IMG/VR virus record: IMGVR_UViG_3300036799_000025
Span: 1-59,099 of that record
Source: a virus
Lineage: Duplodnaviria; Caudoviricetes
DNA: 59,099 bases
Direction: 5' to 3' (one strand)
Position 1 is the stretch's first letter. Each line of letters opens with the position of its first letter. A model generated the notes under the pieces. It was not told the DNA's origin. It ran no database searches and worked only from the letters and a program-made list of their open reading frames with translations. A program made the translations under genes and the position numbers. Positions 55,465 to 59,099 of this stretch are shown here, one piece after another.

Positions 55465-55824
55465 CTATCTCTTCACTCGTTGCCGATGCTCTTTCTCGAT
55501 CGCGCCTAGAGATCTCTCACTCGTCTCTAGGCGCGATGCGCGTCTTAGCCATGCTGCGCGCTCAGTGTCATAGAGATCGAAGGCTGCCTGCGCCTTAGCG
55601 ATGCTCTCGATCGCGGGCGATGCGTCGCACACAAGACGCATGCTGACTGTGTCGTACGAGCTGACGATCGCGTCGACTAGTGTGCTTGCTTCGAGCTGCG
55701 AGCGCAGCGATCGACGCCGCTCTAGCTCGCAGCGCGCGCGGCGCATGTTCCTGATACGCAGGCGCAGAGAGAGGCTCGCGACGAGCAGCACAAGCACGCA
55801 CAGTACGAAGTAAGGCACGATCAC
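55465..55824 (-). CDS. N-terminal TM protein
   Basis: AGGAG RBS, hydrophobic N-terminus. Confidence 0.55.
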   Translation of the reverse strand: MIVPYFVLCVLVLLVASLSLRLRIRNMRRARCELERRRSLRSQLEASTLVDAIVSSYDTVSMRLVCDASPAIESIAKAQAAFDLYDTERAAWLRRASRLETSERSLGAIEKEHRQRVKR

Positions 55825-55847
55825 GCTCCTGTCGAAGACGGTCGTCG

Positions 55848-56279
55848 TCAGCGCGCTGCTGCTGTGCTAGTGCTGCTTGCAGCATCTCCTGCAGCAAGCC
55901 CGCGTGCGCGATTGATACGAGCAATAACGGTCGGGTTGCTCTCATCGTCGTCGTCATGAACAAGGTCAGGCCACGCGTCGAGCCGTGGCGTGTGCGTGAG
56001 ATCGCAGAAGCGATCGACGATCATATGCGCGCGCGATCGCTTCGTCGTCGGCACGTCGAGATAGAGCCCGCGCGTGACGATGTCACTCACGGCCTGTCGC
56101 GAGATCTCGATACCGTCTTCGTTGAGCGACTCCGCGATCGTCGTGATCGTGACGCCCTTCTCGCGCATGATGCGCACGCGATTCGCCTGCGCAGGCGTCA
56201 GCGGCGTCGGCGCGCGCCTCGCGACTTTCGGGCTCGTCTTCGTCTGCTGCGTTCTGCTGCGACTACTCCTGCGTGGCAT
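55848..56279 (-). CDS. HTH DNA-binding protein with Arg-rich N-terminus
   Basis: GVTITTIAESLNEDGIEISRQAVSDIV. Confidence 0.7.
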   Translation of the reverse strand: MPRRSSRSRTQQTKTSPKVARRAPTPLTPAQANRVRIMREKGVTITTIAESLNEDGIEISRQAVSDIVTRGLYLDVPTTKRSRAHMIVDRFCDLTHTPRLDAWPDLVHDDDDESNPTVIARINRARGLAAGDAASSTSTAAAR

Positions 56280-56292
56280 AGCTCTGCTCCTG

Positions 56293-56565
56293 TTAGGTAG
56301 TAACTTGCGTCTCAAAGGTACGTGTGCGAAGAATGCGCGTAAAGGCGCGTCGTCGCAACTCCTGCAGCATTTTCAGCTCGTGCTCGTAATGCGTCAGCGA
56401 GCGCAGGTCGCTGAGATAGCAATTCTGCCAACCTGGGCGCTGCTCGCTGATCTCGCGATTCGCTCGCAGGCGATACTTGTGCGCCTGCGCGGTGCGCGTC
56501 GCTTCCCACTGATCGAGAAAGGCGACGAGCTGCTCGTCGAGCGACAGCGCCTTAATGCGCGCCAT
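56293..56565 (-). CDS. Hypothetical protein
   Basis: MARIKAL start. Confidence 0.5.
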   Translation of the reverse strand: MARIKALSLDEQLVAFLDQWEATRTAQAHKYRLRANREISEQRPGWQNCYLSDLRSLTHYEHELKMLQELRRRAFTRILRTRTFETQVTT

Positions 56566-57088
56566 CTTTCCACCCGACGGTGATGCCTTTCCTGCGATCA
56601 TCTGCCTTGCGCTTCGACGTCTCTGCGGCACGTCGCCCGCCGCGCTTGCGTGATGCAGCGTCAGCGTCGAGTCGCGCTAGCTCTGCGCGTGCTGCACTCA
56701 TGACGTCCTGCAGCGTCGACACGCGCTTCGCCTTCTCAGCGCGATACAGCGCGATCGCTGCAGCGCCTGCGACGTCGCTCACGCACGGCGCTCGCTTCGG
56801 CGCAAGAAAGTACAGCATCTCAGCCGTCTGCGTGTACCGGCTGCTGCGCTTCTTGATCGCGACGCCTTCGTCGACGAGCGTCGTGAGCGTCTGCGCAACG
56901 GACTGCATCGCGAGTCCTGTGCGCTCAGCGATCGCTCGCGCACTGAGCCCGACTGCGCGCTGACGATCGACGTGATCGAGATACGAGATCACGAGTGCTC
57001 TGCGCTCGTCGCGTCGCTTGCGCATCTGCTCGCGACTCCACGGCGCGTCAGCGCTGTCGTCGAGCTGAATGAGTCTACTCGTCGTCAT
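56552..57088 (-). CDS. Winged-HTH transcriptional regulator
   Basis: GLSARAIAERTGLAMQSVAQTLTTLVDEG. Confidence 0.75.
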   Translation of the reverse strand: MTTSRLIQLDDSADAPWSREQMRKRRDERRALVISYLDHVDRQRAVGLSARAIAERTGLAMQSVAQTLTTLVDEGVAIKKRSSRYTQTAEMLYFLAPKRAPCVSDVAGAAAIALYRAEKAKRVSTLQDVMSAARAELARLDADAASRKRGGRRAAETSKRKADDRRKGITVGWKDGAH

Positions 57089-57573
57089 GAGCGTCGCTCC
57101 AACACGGTGTCTGACCACGGCACTGTCACGCGATCGTCATCGTCGACGTTCGGGATCTGAAATTGACGACTGCCGATATCGAGCACTGCGCCTGCGTACA
57201 GCAGACGTGACGCCCACGACGCAAGGCCGAGCAGCGACATACGCAAGCCTTTGCGCTGCTTGTAGCGCGCGTGATCGTTACCGGCGACCATGAAGGCGAA
57301 GATCTCGCGCCTGCAAAGAATGGAGAGCCCGACGCAGATGCGCGCCTGCGCTGCCTTCGTTCCCTTGCCGCCGTAGGTCCACGCGTCAGGATCTGTCTCG
57401 TGACACGGGAGCATGTGGCCGTCTTTCGCGACGCCTTGCCACTTCTCTTTGAGATTCTCGTGCGCGTACCACGCACCGCCCTGCGGGCTGTTACGCACTG
57501 CGTCATCAGTCTGATTCTGTCGAAGCCACGGACAGCCTGCGCACGGTCGCGCGCACTTCTCGTCTGTGCTCAT
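57085..57573 (-). CDS. DUF6283-like Cys-rich protein
   Basis: RPCAGCPW..PCH..ICVG. Confidence 0.6.
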   Translation of the reverse strand: MSTDEKCARPCAGCPWLRQNQTDDAVRNSPQGGAWYAHENLKEKWQGVAKDGHMLPCHETDPDAWTYGGKGTKAAQARICVGLSILCRREIFAFMVAGNDHARYKQRKGLRMSLLGLASWASRLLYAGAVLDIGSRQFQIPNVDDDDRVTVPWSDTVLERRS

Positions 57574-57711
57574 CGCTCGTCTGTGAAAAGAGAAAGAAGG
57601 TGAAAGGTCAGGGCGCACTGTCGAAGCTGCGCCCTGCAGGTGCTTACACTGAGGCAACTCAGGCGACACTCAGCGCCGTTACGCAGTCGCCGCGCTGCTG
57701 CTCCTGTGCGC

Positions 57712-59043
57712 CTAGTTGTTCGCGCCCTTGCGTCGGCCTGCTGCGCCGTCGCGTGCGAGCTTCAGCAACGCGTTCGCGTCATCGTTCAGAAACTGAAACC
57801 CTGCGCGCTCGATCTCGACGCGACGATCGTAGTCTGTCATCTGACGCGCGACAGCCGTGATGCCTTGCACGAGCCCGAATTTCGTGATCTCGCCGCCGAG
57901 GTTCCCGCCCTCTTCGAGCTGCGCCTTCAGCGTCTCTTGCTTCAGCAGCTCTGACTGATCGAGCGTGAGATCGAGCCCTGCGCCGAGGTTGCCGACAAAC
58001 TCGAAGAGCGGCACGTCAGGCAGCTTGACGATCTCTTGCTTCGCTTCGAGAAACTTCACGCCGCGCGCAGCGATGTTCTGCGGCAGGAAGGCGCTGTCGA
58101 CGCGATCGCGCACGCGACCGAGTAGCGCGGCGTTCTCCATGACCTGTGTCGCGTCGCTGAGCATGCGCACGTCTTCATCGTTCTCGCCCTTACCATTCTT
58201 GCCGCCGACGTGCCGAATCGAGATGTCAGAGTGCGAGATATAGCCGTTGTAGCAGCGCAGCAGCTCGTCGTACATCGACGCGCTGAGCGACGCGAAACCG
58301 ACTTCGCTGTGGCGAATGTACAGGCCTGACGAGATGACTTCGTCGACGCCGATGACGTGCTCGCGTCGCAGCGCGTCGATCGACTTGCCAGTGCGCTGCG
58401 CAGCGTCCTGCAAGATTTCCTGCACGCCACGCGCGACCGTCGAGAATTTCGCGTGCAGGCGACGCTCATCGATCGAGAAGTCGCGCAGCAGCGCGCCTGA
58501 CGCGAGCAGCACAGGCAGCAGCTCAGAGATCAGATCAGCGTCGTCGATCGTGCGATAGCCTTTGCCAAGCACGCCGCGCAGGAAGAATCGCGCGCCGATC
58601 GAGCCTGCGCGCTTCTGCTCTGCGTCGTCGAGCGCTGCGACGTTGAGCATGCGGAAGAGTCGATCTTCCGGCTTGTTTTGCATCCAGTAATTGAGGTTCT
58701 GCGCGAGCAGCTCAGGTGCCTCAGTCGTCATGCGCTTGTAGTAGGGCGCGTCGATCTTCAGGCGCTGCGAGAGCTGACCGTGCGCGACTTCGCCGATCGT
58801 CATCGCGAAGCCTTTCGACGGCACGGCGAGCGCGAGCTGCGGCGGCAGGTTCTCGTCGCTCGGCTTCACGACGACGGCGCTGAAGGCGCGCGTATCAGCG
58901 ACCGCGTCAGCCTTCGCCTTCTTGTACGTCTCGACGCGATTCGTCAGCGCTGCGAGCTTCGTCTCATGCTCTGCGCTGAATTGCTCAGCGACGTCGCGCA
59001 GCGTCTTCTGTGCGCCCTGTGGTGCGATTGCGATTGCGGTCAT
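57712..59043 (-). CDS. DUF932 family phage protein
   Basis: AHGQLSQRLKIDAPYYKRM..APELLAQNLNYW; YRTID; SEVG; CYNG. Confidence 0.8.
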   Translation of the reverse strand: MTAIAIAPQGAQKTLRDVAEQFSAEHETKLAALTNRVETYKKAKADAVADTRAFSAVVVKPSDENLPPQLALAVPSKGFAMTIGEVAHGQLSQRLKIDAPYYKRMTTEAPELLAQNLNYWMQNKPEDRLFRMLNVAALDDAEQKRAGSIGARFFLRGVLGKGYRTIDDADLISELLPVLLASGALLRDFSIDERRLHAKFSTVARGVQEILQDAAQRTGKSIDALRREHVIGVDEVISSGLYIRHSEVGFASLSASMYDELLRCYNGYISHSDISIRHVGGKNGKGENDEDVRMLSDATQVMENAALLGRVRDRVDSAFLPQNIAARGVKFLEAKQEIVKLPDVPLFEFVGNLGAGLDLTLDQSELLKQETLKAQLEEGGNLGGEITKFGLVQGITAVARQMTDYDRRVEIERAGFQFLNDDANALLKLARDGAAGRRKGANN

Positions 59044-59099
59044 CGTCGATCTCCTGACTGAGTGAGCTGTCGCTCGCGCTGCCGTCGTGCAGCGTCGAG
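58973..59099. repeat. Terminal direct repeat, copy 2
   Basis: Identical to 1-127. Confidence 0.95.

Noticed and set aside
280-59061. Many plus-strand ORFs of 60-260 aa
   Set aside because: Antisense shadows of GC-rich minus-strand genes, with no recognisable motifs; the minus-strand genes already tile the genome

Overview
Complete, circularly assembled genome (about 58,972 bp plus a 127-bp terminal overlap) of a GC-rich tailed phage with siphovirus-type tail genes. Essentially all genes are on the minus strand. Transcription order (high to low coordinates): early/replication module (DUF932, HTH proteins, Bet recombinase, lambda-O-like initiator with an internal iteron origin, J-domain protein, SNase, RuvC-like resolvase, ParB-N fusion plus TAGT/GREB1-like glycosyltransferase); accessory genes with a TerS-like gene and a papain-like peptidase; TerL, portal, head, neck, tail; lysis cassette; a second early accessory cluster. 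I recognised no integrase, DNA polymerase, helicase, tRNA or CRISPR array. Most notable: (1) three early promoters share a palindrome over the -35 box and a leader hairpin with unrelated stems but an identical ACGACG loop (boxB-like); (2) three tail-tube paralogues, one fused to an SGNH esterase; (3) two long RNA structures that clamp an upstream stop codon to a downstream start codon; (4) a TAGT glycosyltransferase with no visible hydroxymethyl-base pathway; (5) CC/GG depletion and apparent CTCGAG avoidance. All family calls are by motif recognition by eye; no database search or folding program was run.
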